Below are positions 62,378 to 64,000 of a stretch of DNA of 64,000 nucleotides, in pieces. The notes under the pieces were generated by a model that made no database searches, was not told the origin of the DNA, and saw nothing but the letters and a program-made list of their open reading frames with translations. Position 1 is the first letter of the stretch; each line of letters begins with the position of its first letter. Both the position numbers and the translations under genes were made by a program. The DNA comes from Microthyrium microscopicum (taxonomy: Eukaryota), in NCBI GenBank assembly GCA_010405405.1, contig MU004233.1, forward strand, positions 127,067-191,066, written 5' to 3'.

Positions 62378-63031
62378 AAGGTGAATGTTACTACTCTACC
62401 TAGAGTAGAGTACTCGGGGAGTTGAGAACAATAAATTCTATACAGAGAATCCAGGTGAACTACAACCATGCCAGCTCAGGACAAGACTGTGGGATCTGGA
62501 TGAGCCTTGAAGTCAAACGTTAATCGTGACGGCTCCCCCTGTCGAGATTCGATGTCACCCGTATTTCGGAGCCTTCGTTAACAATGACAGGCTACTGCCA
62601 GCTACAAAATCGAAGTCTAGAACTTGATCATACCAAGACATACTCAGTAGGACGCTTAATCACGTCCATCACCAACCTTCTGGAGAGCTTCGCAGCTTGA
62701 ATGCAACAGTACGTCAGTGGCTGATTCTGTATCAACCAATGGCTTGCTCTCAGCCTTGCACGCCTCCAGACCTTCGACGATTGAGCCTTCTTGAAGATAG
62801 CAAACATGCATGAAATTAGACTCACTTTCTCTTGAACCACAGAGACGAACCATACACCTTATGACAATTACAAACGACATCCCACTCGTGTGGATTCTAG
62901 GCCAGGCACCATGCATGAACAATACTACCTTGCAGTTAGCTACAAATACTGCCCAGATCCTTGCTCAGATCGAGGTCCTTGAAAAAGCTTCATTTTTCCA
63001 AAATTGAGAAACTCCAAGATAAGTAGCAAAG

Positions 63032-64000
63032 ATGAAGATTGGATCGTATGCACGTATCGCTACTGTAGCTCTGTTGAGCACTTCGACTACAGGTCTCAAT
63101 ATCCTGTTAGGAAATGACGATTCCTGGGCTTCTGCCAATATCCGTCAGTTCTACAGTGCTCTCAAAGCTGCTGGGCACAAAGTCTTGCTTGTCGCTCCAG
63201 CTGTCAACCAGTCCGGCAAGGGAGGAACAGTGAGTTGACAATCCGCTTACTGGCAGAATTCAAACTGACCAACAATACAGACCGTCTTCGCGGAGTCGGC
63301 AAATCTCACTGGTCCAGCAGAGTTTAACACCGTCAAAGCTGGCGCCCCTTCTTGGGGCACTGATCCAACCGACAGTAACATCTGGTACTACAACGGCACA
63401 CCCGCAGCCTGCACATTCTTTGCTCTCGATTATGTGATTCCAAAAGCGTGGAATAGCACTCTTCCGGATCTTTTCGTCTCTGGTCCAAATGAGGGTAACA
63501 ACCTAGGCCCCTTCCTCTACACGCTCTCTGGCACCATTGGCGCCGCGTATGCTGCGATCGAGCGAGGTATTCCCGGCATCGCATTCAGCGCTGGCAACGG
63601 TACGCACCGCAGCTACACAACCGTCGCCAACGGCAGCACAACAGACGTCGCCGTATTGAACGCAAAGGCTGCCGTAAAGGTAGTTAACCAGCTCGCCAGC
63701 AGCGTCAAAAGCGGTCGTCTCCTACCATACGGCTATGGCATCAACGTCAACTTACCCGTGCTGAACAGCACCTGCTCCACACCAACATACACGCAAACCC
63801 GTCTCACAGGCGGCGCATTGGGCGATAAAGCCGTGCTCAACACCACAACCAACGTATTCACCTACGGCAACGATGTGAACGACCCAGGTCTAAATACGTG
63901 CATCAACGGCAACTGTAGTCTCCCTGGCGAGACGGATGTTGTGGCTACAAAGTGCAGCGTGGCGCTCAGTCCATTTACAATTGACTATGATGCGCCATCA
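63032..64000 (+). CDS. Secreted SurE-family 5'/3'-nucleotidase / acid phosphatase (runs off window end)
   Basis: LNILLGNDDSW, VAPAVNQSGKG, NGTPAAC, PDLFVSGPNEGNNLG, SGTIGAA; intron 63230-63280. Confidence 0.92.

Overview
Filamentous ascomycete DNA with spliceosomal introns and RIP; Dothideomycete-like by gene content, but the taxon cannot be proven from the sequence. Two GC-balanced gene-rich arms (1-17.0 kb and 35.3-64 kb) flank an 18.3-kb extremely AT-rich block with no intact ORFs. The block is a single TIR DNA transposon (17007-35324) with a 15-bp perfect TIR CCTTAGCGGAACCCT, a 2-bp TSD CA and subterminal repeats. Read through the RIP damage, it carries a minus-strand CMC/CACTA-Plavaka-type DDE transposase and two further unidentified gene relics. 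A complete chromodomain-bearing Ty3/Gypsy element (23060-30711; 227-bp LTRs; TSD ATTAT) is inserted antisense into the transposase. The arms encode an FAD oxidoreductase, a Zn2Cys6 transcription factor, a coiled-coil protein, a HET-domain protein, UGGT, a small secreted Cys-rich protein, a type-II peroxiredoxin, a PHM-like secreted protein, a His-less BIM1-like membrane protein, an MFS transporter, a DUF6604 protein and a SurE phosphatase. Five copies of a ~210-bp MITE lie in the arms (CAACGG termini, mostly 6-bp TSDs, not RIP-damaged): three upstream of genes, one directly after a stop codon and one in an intron. Several oversized introns carry motifs related to this MITE. All protein family calls come from motif recognition by eye; no database search was run.
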